DNA from: Kiritimatiellia bacterium
Lineage (GTDB): Bacteria > Verrucomicrobiota > Kiritimatiellia > UBA8416 > JAWODU01
Direction of reading: 5' to 3'
Length of the DNA: 64,000 bases
NCBI GenBank assembly: GCA_046483125.1
Contig: JAWODU010000085.1
Span: 1,430 to 65,429 of the forward strand
The notes under the pieces were generated by a model that was given only the letters and a program-made list of their open reading frames with translations, did not search any database and was not told where the DNA came from. The position numbers were made by a program, and so were the translations under genes. Of the stretch, positions 1-9,550 are shown piece after piece. Position 1 is the stretch's first letter; each line of letters begins with the position of its first letter.

Positions 1-1
1 G

Positions 2-520
2 GCACGCGGTCACGAGGTACGCCTCGTGTCCGGTCCGGTGAAGCTGACGGCGCCCTCGGGGGTTCATACAGTTGGGGTGATCACCGCCGGGGAAATGAAG
101 CGGGCTGTCCATGACAATATCGAGTGGTGCGACGTTCTGGTAATGGCCGCCGCGGTTTCAGACTGGCGGCCCGGTATGGTTTCGGGAACGAAGCTCAAAA
201 AAGACTCTGCACCCCTCACTCTCGCACTGGAACCGACTGAGGATATCCTCAAGAGTGTGGCCCAGCTGAAGGGGAACCGCGTATACATCGGGTTTGCCGC
301 GGAGACGGAAGACCTTATCGAAAACGGGACGGCCAAACTCAAAGAGAAAAACCTGGATCTGATCGCTGTGAATAATGTTCTGGCTGATGATTCGGGTTTT
401 GAATGCGATACCAACAGGGTGATCCTGATTTCAGCGGCCCGTACCGAGGAACTGCCGCTGATGCCCAAAAGAGAGGTTGCCGACAGGATTATCGAATGGG
501 CAGAACGCAGTCTGTCTTGA
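2..520 (+). CDS. coaBC: Phosphopantothenate--cysteine ligase (CoaB/CoaBC C-terminal domain), 5'-truncated by window edge
   Basis: Frame is open from position 2 (ARGHEVRLVSGPV). Motifs DVLVMAAAVSDW, IGFAAETEDL and KNLDLIAVNNV are typical of the DFP/CoaB domain. Confidence 0.9.
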   Translation, partial: ARGHEVRLVSGPVKLTAPSGVHTVGVITAGEMKRAVHDNIEWCDVLVMAAAVSDWRPGMVSGTKLKKDSAPLTLALEPTEDILKSVAQLKGNRVYIGFAAETEDLIENGTAKLKEKNLDLIAVNNVLADDSGFECDTNRVILISAARTEELPLMPKREVADRIIEWAERSLS

Positions 521-526
521 AACAGC

Positions 527-2602
527 TTATTCCCCTGCCGTTGCCGAATCTTCTTTTCCCGCTCCGCCGATGGCCCGGTAAAAACACCACGAGAATCCCA
601 CTATCATTACGGCTATGAATATGCCCAGCATCAGGTGCCCGGCACCGCTGAGGGAAGCTTCCGTTTCAACGGGGGAGGGCACCGCCTGCGGAACAGCCAG
701 CGCGCGGGCGCTCTGAAGCGCCAGGAGGAGACCGGCACCGCCGCCTATATCGATCGTCGCGAGCAGTCCGGACCATCTGGCGGACCAGGAGGGATTGGTT
801 TCGGAATTTCTTAACCGGCGCACGGTCTTCATGCCCAGTACAAGGGCGATAAGCGCGGCGACTGTCGCCGCACCGGCAACGGCCATGGGCATTGTCCAGG
901 CCGAGGCTTCCGGAACTCCGGATCTGAGAAGAGGCAGACCCGTTACAAGGGCCCATCCCGTGAGGGCGGCCCCGATAACCGCCAGTAGAAGAGCCGGCGC
1001 GCCTCCGCGGCTCGCAATTGGAAGATCCTGGACGGGATCCTTTTCACGCGGGCTTTTGACAAGACTTATGAGAAACGCAAGAACTGGCGCCGCGGCCACT
1101 ACAATCAGACCGACGACATTGTGCCAGAGGATTTTTCCCTCGCCTGTTACGATAAAACCGCCTTCAGTGGAAAAATCCTCCAGCAGATTCCAGAAAACGA
1201 GCGTCGAGAGTACTACCGGAATAACGGCCCGTACGAGAAAGTCCCACCAGCCTCCAAGCCGCCAGTCGCTCCGGTCGTTGGCATGGGCGCGGAGCTTCTC
1301 GACGCGGTAAAGCCAGCCGAGCACTACGCATTCCAGTAGCCCCATGAAAGCGATGCCCCATGTTCCGTTTATGAAGCCGTCTATTACACCGAGCCAGTTA
1401 AGACCCGAACCGGCGGTAACAAACACCAGCCCTGTACCCAGTCCCACAAGGCTCATCACGGGAAGGACGTACTTCCGGTGCCATCCGGTCTTATCGACAA
1501 TACTGGCCAGGACGGATTCGGTAATGGAAAAAGCCGAGTCAATGCCGAGGGTAAGAAGAGCGGCGAAGAAAATAAAACTGAACCACGCCGAGCCCGGCAA
1601 TTGGGCCAGGGCGTACGGGAAGGCGACGAAGGCCAGTCCTGGACCCTTGTCCACGACGTTGTCTACGGGGACGGGGTTTCCGGCCTGCTGTGTAGCGTAA
1701 GCCATTCCGCCGAGTGTGGCGAACACGGCCAGTCCGGCCACGAAACTGGTCGCCAGATCGGCCAGGCTTATGATGGCGGCGTTATTGTTTATGTCGCTTT
1801 TCCTGTGCAGAAAACTTGAATAAGTTATCATTACTCCGAAGGCGAGACTCAGCGAAAAGAACACCTGCCCGAACGCGTATCGCCACGTGGAAGGTTTAAC
1901 GAGTTCGGACCATTCGGGATTGAGATAAAACGCAAGGCCCTGGCCGCTTCCTTCAAGCGTAAGACCGCGCACGGCGAGGATAAGAATCATCGCCCACGGT
2001 ATGGGCACTGTCAGCCAGACTACTTTGCCGACGAGTTTTACTCCCTTGAAGATACATAAATACATGGCAATCCATGTCAGGAGAAGCGGCAGAGCGATAT
2101 GCCATTGGATTGCTCCCAGTCTGAAACAGCCGTCCGTGTGCTGGAGATAATCATTGAAGAAGAAGCCGGTGGCTTTCCGGACTCCTTCGATACCTTCCCC
2201 CGCCCAGGGAAGTTCTCCGCCCCGGCAGATGCCGACCAGACTGTGCCACAGGAATGTCCAGCACCACGCAAGAATCACGGGATAGTAGGTTACAATCACA
2301 AAGCCCAGTATCACGCCCCACCAGCCGACGGCTTCAAAACGCGGATGGACCTTGCCGAAGGCGTCCGGGGCCGCGCGCTGGGTATAATGGCCGAGGCTGA
2401 ACTCGAGGATCATAAGGGGTATTCCCACCACAAACAGCGCGATCAGATATGGTATCAGGAAAGCTCCCCCGCCGAAGCTGTACAGCTTGTACGGAAATCC
2501 CCAGAGATTTCCCAGGCCGACTGCGGAACCTACCGCGGCCAGAACGAAGCCGGGGCGTGTTCCCCATGATTCTCTCTGTTCTTCTCTGATTTCCAGGTTC
2601 AT
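527..2602 (-). CDS. Sodium-dependent transporter, NSS/SNF family, with extra C-terminal TM extension
   Basis: RESWGTRPGFVLAAVGSAVGLGNLWGFPY, GIPLMILEFSLG, AFGQVFFSLS, GPGLAFVAFP, FFAALLTLGIDSAF. Confidence 0.93.
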   Translation of the reverse strand: MNLEIREEQRESWGTRPGFVLAAVGSAVGLGNLWGFPYKLYSFGGGAFLIPYLIALFVVGIPLMILEFSLGHYTQRAAPDAFGKVHPRFEAVGWWGVILGFVIVTYYPVILAWCWTFLWHSLVGICRGGELPWAGEGIEGVRKATGFFFNDYLQHTDGCFRLGAIQWHIALPLLLTWIAMYLCIFKGVKLVGKVVWLTVPIPWAMILILAVRGLTLEGSGQGLAFYLNPEWSELVKPSTWRYAFGQVFFSLSLAFGVMITYSSFLHRKSDINNNAAIISLADLATSFVAGLAVFATLGGMAYATQQAGNPVPVDNVVDKGPGLAFVAFPYALAQLPGSAWFSFIFFAALLTLGIDSAFSITESVLASIVDKTGWHRKYVLPVMSLVGLGTGLVFVTAGSGLNWLGVIDGFINGTWGIAFMGLLECVVLGWLYRVEKLRAHANDRSDWRLGGWWDFLVRAVIPVVLSTLVFWNLLEDFSTEGGFIVTGEGKILWHNVVGLIVVAAAPVLAFLISLVKSPREKDPVQDLPIASRGGAPALLLAVIGAALTGWALVTGLPLLRSGVPEASAWTMPMAVAGAATVAALIALVLGMKTVRRLRNSETNPSWSARWSGLLATIDIGGGAGLLLALQSARALAVPQAVPSPVETEASLSGAGHLMLGIFIAVMIVGFSWCFYRAIGGAGKEDSATAGE

Positions 2603-2639
2603 ACGGCCTTCCTCATCTCTTGTCCGTCCGCCTCTTCAG

Positions 2640-2674
2640 CAAAGAACAACGAACAAGGAACAAAGAGCAACAAA
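2640..2674. repeat. Heptamer tandem array (CAAnGAA)x5
   Basis: caaagaa caacgaa caaggaa caaagag caacaaa. Confidence 0.75.
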
Positions 2675-2682
2675 CTCTTCCC

Positions 2683-3336
2683 TTACCCCCCTCCGCCGGT
2701 GGCTATCCACTCGCTGATGAAGTCTATCAGGTTTGCGCTCTTCCGGCCTGCCGCGACAAAGCAGTCCTGGCCCAAGCCCACCAGCAATCCGCCGATTATG
2801 GCCCGCAGGTAGAAATCGTCGCAGGTTGTAAACAGATAATACAAAGCGTACGGCGGAATCAGCAGGCAGAGAATGCCCTGGAACACGGAATCCTTGAAGG
2901 CTTTGAGAAGTATCATGAGATCCAGAACCACGGCAATCCACAAGGCGTATTCTCTTACCATGAAAATATAAGTCTGAGGCGCCAGCCCGCCGTAACGCAG
3001 CGCCCCCATGGTGCCTCCAAGAACCAGAAAAACGAGCCAGCTTCCCATGTTATGGGTAAACCGGAATTTTTTTCTGCGTCGCGGAGCCGGCCCCATCAGG
3101 TCCATCTGTGTGGGTTCAGGCGGAGCAGATGATGAAGTATCCGCGGAAGGAGGGGGAGCCGGAGCAGTTTGTCTGGTACGTAAACCAGGTTTTTTCTTTT
3201 GCTTCTGCGAACCGGCGTAGGCCGGTTTTTGCAGTTTCTGCCCGCAGTTGCGGCAAACCAGAGAAGAATCGTCTGCGAATTCGGATACTGTGGTAACCGC
3301 GGAACAATCAGGGCAGGTTATCTGTATATCGGCCAT
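2683..3336 (-). CDS. Hypothetical Zn-ribbon membrane protein
   Basis: N-terminal CPDC...CRNC pair, Pro-rich linker and several hydrophobic C-terminal helices. Confidence 0.75.
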   Translation of the reverse strand: MADIQITCPDCSAVTTVSEFADDSSLVCRNCGQKLQKPAYAGSQKQKKKPGLRTRQTAPAPPPSADTSSSAPPEPTQMDLMGPAPRRRKKFRFTHNMGSWLVFLVLGGTMGALRYGGLAPQTYIFMVREYALWIAVVLDLMILLKAFKDSVFQGILCLLIPPYALYYLFTTCDDFYLRAIIGGLLVGLGQDCFVAAGRKSANLIDFISEWIATGGGG

Positions 3337-3579
3337 AGAGATTTATACGCCTGGAATATTGCGTTCTCCTTGACGAATATTGATAATAGAGCTTTTTTAT
3401 CGTTTTACTCAAGCAGAATCAGCGGGAGCTCTTTTGCTTTCCGGCGGGGAACCGTGAACAGTAAACTGTGAACCTTCTCCCATGATAAGCAGGAAGAAAA
3501 ACCTTTTGATAACGTTCAAATGTTGACGCCTGCAAGGTAAAACGCCTGGTCCCAATTTACGCGCATCGAAGACCAAACT

Positions 3580-3720
3580 CTTAATCGAGCCCTTAACCGA
3601 CCCGCTTAATCGCTAACGCATTGCCTATTAACGGTTAAGTATATCGAGTGTATCCGAGTAAGGGCATCCGTCCGCCGCGGCGGAAAGGGTGGCGGTTAAG
3701 AATGCGAGTAAGGGTATCAA
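3580..3720. repeat. TTAA-periodic repeat module with GTCCGCCGCGGCGGAAAGGGTGGCGGTTAAG core
   Basis: The same core occurs at about 11120-11160, 22331-22361 and (reverse) 30498-30530. Confidence 0.8.
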
Positions 3721-3807
3721 TGTGTCGTCATCCTTCGATACAAATCAGTAATTCTCCCGCCAGGCTTCAACATTTGAACGATACCAATCCTTTGCCTTTT
3801 CCAGGGG

Positions 3808-4392
3808 TTACGGGAGTGTTCCGAAAAGGAGTATGCCTTCTTTTTCAACGCGCCGCCAGAGCGGCGTGTATTCTTCTCTGTCCATGGTGTTGGTGTCTAG
3901 AAGATGATGCTCGAGCGTCATGCCGTATCGCTCTTTTATTGCCTCACCGAGTTTATTTATCGTGCCGAGTGATTTGATTCGGGCTCTGCCGGTGGTAAAG
4001 AGCATCGTGACAATCAGACGTCCTCCGTAGTCGGTTTCCTCGCGCGCAAGCGGGCCGGTTGCCACCGCGGCCATAGGCCTGGGGCGCACGACACGCCGAA
4101 CGGTTTTCCGGAGGTCATCCCAGAAAAGCTCTTCTGCTTCAAAAGCTCCCTTCAGTGCTTTCGACACCAGGTAATGTCCGTGGTTGAGGCTGTAAAGATA
4201 GGAATTGCCGGTTTCGGCACGGGTAACTGCTCTGGCCTCAACCAGGAATTCAAGGGCGAGCATTGTGGACCTGTTCGAAAGCCCGCAGGCGCGTTCCACG
4301 CCCCTGCCGGTAAGCGATTCATTCGCTTTGTACAGGGCGCGCAAAACCATGACCTGACTGCGGTTTGCCAGTATGTAATTCAGGCCATCCAT
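3808..4392 (-). CDS. Winged-HTH plus degenerate minimal nucleotidyltransferase (MntA-like) protein
   Basis: N-terminal HTH (LTGRGVERACGLSNRSTMLALEFLVEARAV) followed by GPLAREETDYGGRLIV at the position of the GS-x-ARG...D-x-D motif. C-terminal REGILL-like end (EKEGILLFG). Confidence 0.65.
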   Translation of the reverse strand: MDGLNYILANRSQVMVLRALYKANESLTGRGVERACGLSNRSTMLALEFLVEARAVTRAETGNSYLYSLNHGHYLVSKALKGAFEAEELFWDDLRKTVRRVVRPRPMAAVATGPLAREETDYGGRLIVTMLFTTGRARIKSLGTINKLGEAIKERYGMTLEHHLLDTNTMDREEYTPLWRRVEKEGILLFGTLP

Positions 4393-4443
4393 TCGTATCT
4401 AAATCTTAATCTCCCCAAATCTTAATCCCAAGCTTAATCTTGT

Positions 4444-4803
4444 ATCCCCCGCGCCACGCAGGCCGGCGTGTGGCGGAGGGGTTCGGCTCTGCCTCTGCGC
4501 TCCGTGTGTGCCCTGTAGCCCTGCGTCACGCATTTCGTTCGCAAATCGAACCGCGATCTCACCGCTTCTGCTTCGTTTCCGCCCTCCTCGGGTATATGTA
4601 TACACGCTCGGAGGGCGGGGCCTTGCAGAAGCGGCAAGCTTGCGATCCGATTTGCGAATCCTACGGAAGCGAAATGCGTGACGCAACAGCCCGCATCGCG
4701 GGCGGCGTACTGGAGGTTTCACAGCGCCGCTTATCCGCGATGCAAGAAGAGTAGACCTCCCACCATCCTGTAGATCCGGTAGATCCTGTCTAAACATCTT
4801 CTC
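4444..4803. repeat. ~360-nt structured repeat element, copy A
   Basis: Reverse complement aligns to 14681-15048 and partly to 11214-11348. Contains a 164-nt hairpin (4522-4685) and a second hairpin (about 4694-4743). Confidence 0.88.
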
Positions 4804-4813
4804 CCCTTCTCCC

Positions 4814-4855
4814 ATTTCTGCTTTCTGCTTTCAACTTTCAGCTTTCAGCTTTTCT
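4814..4855. repeat. Heptamer tandem array (CTTTCnG)x5-6
   Basis: atttctg ctttctg ctttcaa ctttcag ctttcag cttttct. Confidence 0.75.
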
Positions 4856-5045
4856 TTTTGCGGCTATTCCAGTTCCGGACTTTCGGCGAACACATCCGTG
4901 AAATCGGTGGTTCTTACCTTCTTCAATGCCGAAAAGGCGGCATTTTTGCAATAGTGCAAATTCCTTCTTGACGGCAATTAACAAAATGGCGCAAATTAGG
5001 CAATGTTAAAGCTGGCGCAACCCGGTTGCCTGAAAAGATATGAAT

Positions 5046-6077
5046 ATGTGGAATGCTTTTTTGGGGATGTTCTCGAATGATATCGGGATCGATCTGGGCA
5101 CCGCGAACACGCTGGTTTACGTAAAAGAGCGGGGCATTGTGCTTCGCGAGCCTTCCGTAGTGGCCATTCAGGCCGGCACCAAACGCATTCTTGCCGTCGG
5201 TGAGGAAGCCAAACGCATGCTCGGCCGGACTCCCGGAAACATTGTCGCCGTAAGGCCGATGAAGGCCGGCGTAATTGCGGATTTCGAGATTACGGAGGCA
5301 ATGCTGAGGTACTTCATAAAGAAGGTCCATAACCGCCGCAAGATGGTTCGCCCCAGAATAATTATCGCGGTGCCCAGCGACATAACCGAAGTGGAAAAGC
5401 GGGCGGTTAAGGATTCGGCCACGCACGCCGGCGCGAGGGAAGTGTTCCTCATTGAAGAACCCATGGCCGCGGCCATAGGCGTGGGTCTTCCCGTTCAGGA
5501 ACCGGCGGGCAACATGGTTGTGGATATCGGCGGAGGCACAACGGAAGTGGCACTCATATCTCTTGCCGGTATCGTGTTCAGCCGCACGGTACGTGTCGGC
5601 GGTGATCAGATGGACGAGTGCATAGCCCAGTATATGAAACGCGTTTACAATTTGATGATAGGAGATCGAACGTCGGAAGATGTAAAGATGACAATGGGGT
5701 CGGCCTATCCGGTCGGGGATGAAACAAGTATTGAAGTTAAAGGGCGCGATTTGGTTGCAGGTTTGCCCAAGACCCTTTCCATAACGTCGGAAGAAATCCG
5801 CGAGGCTCTTCAGGAGCCCGTTTCTTCCATTATTGACGCCATAAGGATTACATTGGAGCGGTGTCCTCCGGAATTGTCGGCCGATCTTGTCGATAGAGGC
5901 ATGATCCTGGCCGGCGGAGGGTCGCTTTTGACGGGCATAGACAAGCTTATAGCCGAACAGACGGGTCTGCCCGTTCACGTGGCCGACGATCCGCTGAGCG
6001 CGGTGGCCGAAGGGACGGGAGTGGTTCTTAACGAGCTTAAATTCCTGCGTAAAACGGCCCACGCGGACCGTTTGTAA
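5046..6077 (+). CDS. mreB: Rod shape-determining protein MreB (start may be 5040 or 5046)
   Basis: [43 protein letters not shown]. Confidence 0.97.
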   Translation: MWNAFLGMFSNDIGIDLGTANTLVYVKERGIVLREPSVVAIQAGTKRILAVGEEAKRMLGRTPGNIVAVRPMKAGVIADFEITEAMLRYFIKKVHNRRKMVRPRIIIAVPSDITEVEKRAVKDSATHAGAREVFLIEEPMAAAIGVGLPVQEPAGNMVVDIGGGTTEVALISLAGIVFSRTVRVGGDQMDECIAQYMKRVYNLMIGDRTSEDVKMTMGSAYPVGDETSIEVKGRDLVAGLPKTLSITSEEIREALQEPVSSIIDAIRITLERCPPELSADLVDRGMILAGGGSLLTGIDKLIAEQTGLPVHVADDPLSAVAEGTGVVLNELKFLRKTAHADRL

Positions 6078-6213
6078 GTCCTTTTCCCGCTATTATTCCC
6101 CACTGAATTCGCCGCATTGCGACTGCCGGCATTCCGGCGATATGCATGCAAAGCCTGCCCCGAAACACCTCGAATCCTGCGCAATTTGAAGCCGCGCAAC
6201 GGACAGGTAAGCC

Positions 6214-7059
6214 ATGAGAAGAGAGAGAAAAGTTATTGTTTGCGTTGTCTGTCTGGCCATCGTGCTTGTGCTGAACCTTCCTGCGAGCTGTGTACGGGAA
6301 ATCAAGGGGGAAACGCGGGACAGTTTCGTTCCCTTCCAGAACGTAATGTGGCTTGTGATCCGCGGCGGAGGTGATTTTCTGTCTTCGGTGACCAACGCCC
6401 GCGGGGAACTTGAAGAAAAAAAGGAAATGGAAAGAGAGATCGCGTTCCTTAACGAGAAGATTGTGAGTCTGGAAAATGCGGCGCGGGAAAACGAAATCCT
6501 GCGCGACAAACTGGGTTTCGCCAGCCGTGATGAAAGAAGCCTGAGACTCTGCGAGGTAGTGGGGCGGGACATAAGCGGATGGTGGCAGACGCTTACATTG
6601 AACGCGGGAGCTCATGAAGGCGTAAAAGAAAACATGGCGGTGATAACATCCGAGGGCCTGGTGGGGCACGTTAAATCGGTTTCCAGACATACGGCTACGG
6701 TATTGCTGATTACCGATCAGACATCGCGGGCGGCCTGCAGGCTGTCCCGGAGCGGCGCCTTCGGCGTAATTCGGGGCGCCGGTGTCGCCCTTAGCGGCAA
6801 GCACCGGCTGGAGATGCTTTATTCGGTAAGACCCTGTGTAATGGACTATATACCGAGTGATAGCGATGTAAAACCCAACGATCAAGTTTTGACTTCGGGT
6901 CTTGGAGGCGTTTACCCGTCGGGTCTTCTTGTGGGTTACGTGACCGCTATTCGGCCTTCGCCCTCGGCTCTATACCAGAGAGCCGAAGTAGTACCGGCGG
7001 CGGAACTCAGGTCTCTGAAATACGTTTTTGTGGTGATGGAGGAGGACGGAGAGGGATGA
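6214..7059 (+). CDS. mreC: Rod shape-determining protein MreC
   Basis: TM plus coiled coil (ENEILRDKL), GLVGHV, VLTSGLGGVYPSGLLVG. Follows mreB. Confidence 0.93.
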   Translation: MRRERKVIVCVVCLAIVLVLNLPASCVREIKGETRDSFVPFQNVMWLVIRGGGDFLSSVTNARGELEEKKEMEREIAFLNEKIVSLENAARENEILRDKLGFASRDERSLRLCEVVGRDISGWWQTLTLNAGAHEGVKENMAVITSEGLVGHVKSVSRHTATVLLITDQTSRAACRLSRSGAFGVIRGAGVALSGKHRLEMLYSVRPCVMDYIPSDSDVKPNDQVLTSGLGGVYPSGLLVGYVTAIRPSPSALYQRAEVVPAAELRSLKYVFVVMEEDGEG

Positions 7060-7150
7060 CGGATGACAGATGACAGATGACGGAGGACAGATGACAGACG
7101 ACGGAGGAAGGAGGACAGAGGGAGAGATTAAGATTGGGATTAAGATGGGC
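7054..7150. repeat. Mosaic repeat: (RGAYGAC)x9 followed by GATTAA/GATTGG hexamer tract
   Basis: ggatgac ggatgac agatgac agatgac ggaggac... then agggagagattaagattgggattaagatggg. Same module order at 10886 and 14554. Confidence 0.85.
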
Positions 7151-7184
7151 AGGCAAAGGTTATGCGAGACCATAGGGATATGAA

Positions 7185-7706
7185 ATGACTACGGCGGTAT
7201 CCATGATATTTCTGGTAATCGGCGCGGGGGTAATGCAGATGCTGTTCCCTGCTCCGGCCGCGTTCGGCGGGGCTCAGTTTCCTTTTCTGGCCTGTGTTGT
7301 CATTTATTACGCTCTCAACAGAAGCACCGCTCTCGCCCTGGCGGCCGCGTTTACCGCCGGTTTTCTGCACGATACACTGAGTGAAATACCGCTTGGTTAT
7401 TCGGCGGTGTGCCTGGGGATAATCGGATGGCTTATGGGATTGACCCGGGACCTGGTGGTGACCGAATCCTTCATTACGCAGGTGTTTTTCGGCGCCGTCG
7501 GGGCCATGGCGTTTACGTTCGGCCTCTACGCCCTGCTGGCGGGAGCCGATCTGGTGCAGTGCGGCTTCGGCCGGCTGTTTCTGAAGATGATAGGCAGTGG
7601 AATTTTCGGCGCTGTCTCGGCTCCGCCGGTCTTTCTGGCCGGGGCCGGCCTGGACAGGCTCCTGGGAAATATAGAAACGAGGAAAACACTGGAAGATGTT
7701 GAGTAA
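7185..7706 (+). CDS. mreD: Rod shape-determining protein MreD
   Basis: Very hydrophobic 173 aa with GFLHDTLS...LG motif, lying between mreC and mrdA. Confidence 0.85.
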   Translation: MTTAVSMIFLVIGAGVMQMLFPAPAAFGGAQFPFLACVVIYYALNRSTALALAAAFTAGFLHDTLSEIPLGYSAVCLGIIGWLMGLTRDLVVTESFITQVFFGAVGAMAFTFGLYALLAGADLVQCGFGRLFLKMIGSGIFGAVSAPPVFLAGAGLDRLLGNIETRKTLEDVE

Positions 7707-9522
7707 CCCGATTTCTGAAGCCCCCGGCCGTGTACATGTAATACTCCTTGGTGTTGCGGGGACGCTGATCTTTCTGACGGCGGCACTGTGGCACCTGCAG
7801 GTGGTAGAAGGCGGAGAGTACCGTGAGACGGGTCTGAGACAGAGTATCCGGGGCATACGTCTGCCTTCGGTACGAGGAAGAATTCTGGACCGGAACGGAG
7901 TTCGCCTCGCGGGAAGCAGGCCGAGTTACTGTATTGCCGTCTATATCGAAGAACTGAGACAGCCGGGCGGATGGTCGAACACCATAGATAGAGTTGAGCG
8001 GACCATAACGGAAGTTGAAGATGTCATAAACCTTACTTCGCCCCTGACTCGAGAGGGCATTGCCGCACATGTAAAAAGGAGACTGCCTCTGCCCCTTACA
8101 GCGTTTCGCGACATAGGAGAAAAAGGACTGGCTCGATGGTCGGAACTCGGCGGCGACAGGCCGGGCGTGGGCATACAGGTTGAAGCTCTTCGAATCTATC
8201 CGCACGGGAAGCTTGCGGGTCACTTGCTCGGGTATGTGGGCAGATCCAAACCCGCGCAAAACCCGGATGACCCGTATCACTATTACCTTCCTCAGATGGG
8301 GGGAAGAAGGGGAATTGAAGCGGTAAAGAATCGAAAGCTCACCGGCAAGGCCGGAGGCAGGCTGGTACAGGTCGACGCGTCCGGATTTGTACGGCGAGTG
8401 TTCCGCCGGAGAGACCCAGTGCCCGGCGAAGACGTAATGCTTACGATAGACGCGGATATACAGCGTCTTGCGGAAGAAGCGCTGGCATTTCAGCCGGAAT
8501 GGGAAAGCGGAAGCGTGAAGGGCGCCATAGTGGCGATGGATCCCCGCAACGGCGATGTACTTGCCATGGCGGGCGCGCCTTCTTTCGATCCCAACGTTTT
8601 CAGTCCAAGCGTATCTCCGGAGCAGTGGGAAGCGCTTATGCAGGACGAGGGCAAACCTCTGCTGAACAGGCCGGTTGCAGCGGTCTATGCTCCGGGGAGC
8701 ACGTTTAAACCTGTCGTGGCGATAGCGGCCCTTGAGAACGGAAAGGCGGACGCCGGCACGAAATTCGACTGTCCCGGGTATTTCAGGGTGGGAAACGCCA
8801 CGTTTAACTGCTGGAGCACCAGGGGGCACGGCACAATCGGCATGAGAAAGGCCCTGGAGCAGTCGTGCAACGCCTTCTTCTGCCAGCTGGGACTGCAATG
8901 CGGTTATGAATACATATACCACATGGCTTCCGCTCTGGGTTTCGGAAAGAGAACGGGAATAGCGCTTGTTTCCGAACAGCCGGGGCTTCTTCCCGACGAG
9001 GGATGGAAGAGACGACGCTACAGGGACGCGTGGCGGCCGGGTGATACGTGCAACGCATCGATAGGCCAGGGGGCGCTGTGTGTAACCCCTCTGCAGATGT
9101 GCGTAATGGTTTCGGTCCTGGCCAACGGCGGATACGTCTACCGGCCGCGGCTGATACACAGCGGAGTAAGGGCGGGGAATCTTGTGAATGCCATGGAATG
9201 GTCGGCCGACACGCTGGAATTGGTCCGGGGCGGGATGCGCGACGTTATTCAGGCTCCGCACGGAACGGGCAAGCGCGCGAAGGTGGACGGAGTGGAAATG
9301 GCGGGTAAGACGGGAACCGCGGAATACGGGGTTCCGGAAGAGAATAAAAAGCACGCGTGGATGATAGCCTTTGCGCCTTTTGGAAATCCGCGTTACGCGG
9401 TCTCGGTTGTGATTGAAGACGCTCTGTCCGGCGGAAGAAACGCTGCTCCGCGCATACAGCATCTGATGGAAGGCATTTTCGCTTTGGAGCGTTACAGAAC
9501 AGATCACGTGAAAGTAGAATGA
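7696..9522 (+). CDS. mrdA: Penicillin-binding protein 2
   Basis: RGRILDRNG, RIYPHG, PGSTFK (SxxK), SCN (SxN), GKTGTAE (KTG). Confidence 0.95.
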   Translation: MLSNPISEAPGRVHVILLGVAGTLIFLTAALWHLQVVEGGEYRETGLRQSIRGIRLPSVRGRILDRNGVRLAGSRPSYCIAVYIEELRQPGGWSNTIDRVERTITEVEDVINLTSPLTREGIAAHVKRRLPLPLTAFRDIGEKGLARWSELGGDRPGVGIQVEALRIYPHGKLAGHLLGYVGRSKPAQNPDDPYHYYLPQMGGRRGIEAVKNRKLTGKAGGRLVQVDASGFVRRVFRRRDPVPGEDVMLTIDADIQRLAEEALAFQPEWESGSVKGAIVAMDPRNGDVLAMAGAPSFDPNVFSPSVSPEQWEALMQDEGKPLLNRPVAAVYAPGSTFKPVVAIAALENGKADAGTKFDCPGYFRVGNATFNCWSTRGHGTIGMRKALEQSCNAFFCQLGLQCGYEYIYHMASALGFGKRTGIALVSEQPGLLPDEGWKRRRYRDAWRPGDTCNASIGQGALCVTPLQMCVMVSVLANGGYVYRPRLIHSGVRAGNLVNAMEWSADTLELVRGGMRDVIQAPHGTGKRAKVDGVEMAGKTGTAEYGVPEENKKHAWMIAFAPFGNPRYAVSVVIEDALSGGRNAAPRIQHLMEGIFALERYRTDHVKVE

Positions 9523-9550
9523 AGAATTGAAGAAAAAATCGAGAGAGTCT

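Noticed and set aside
4399-4815. ORFs across the structured repeat (4399-4815, 4440-4754, 14599-15432, 14736-15023) that share peptide strings such as LRHAFRSQIEPRSHRFCFVSA
   Set aside because: The similarity comes from the DNA repeat. Starts, stops and frames are not conserved among copies, and the substitutions preserve base pairing rather than amino acids.
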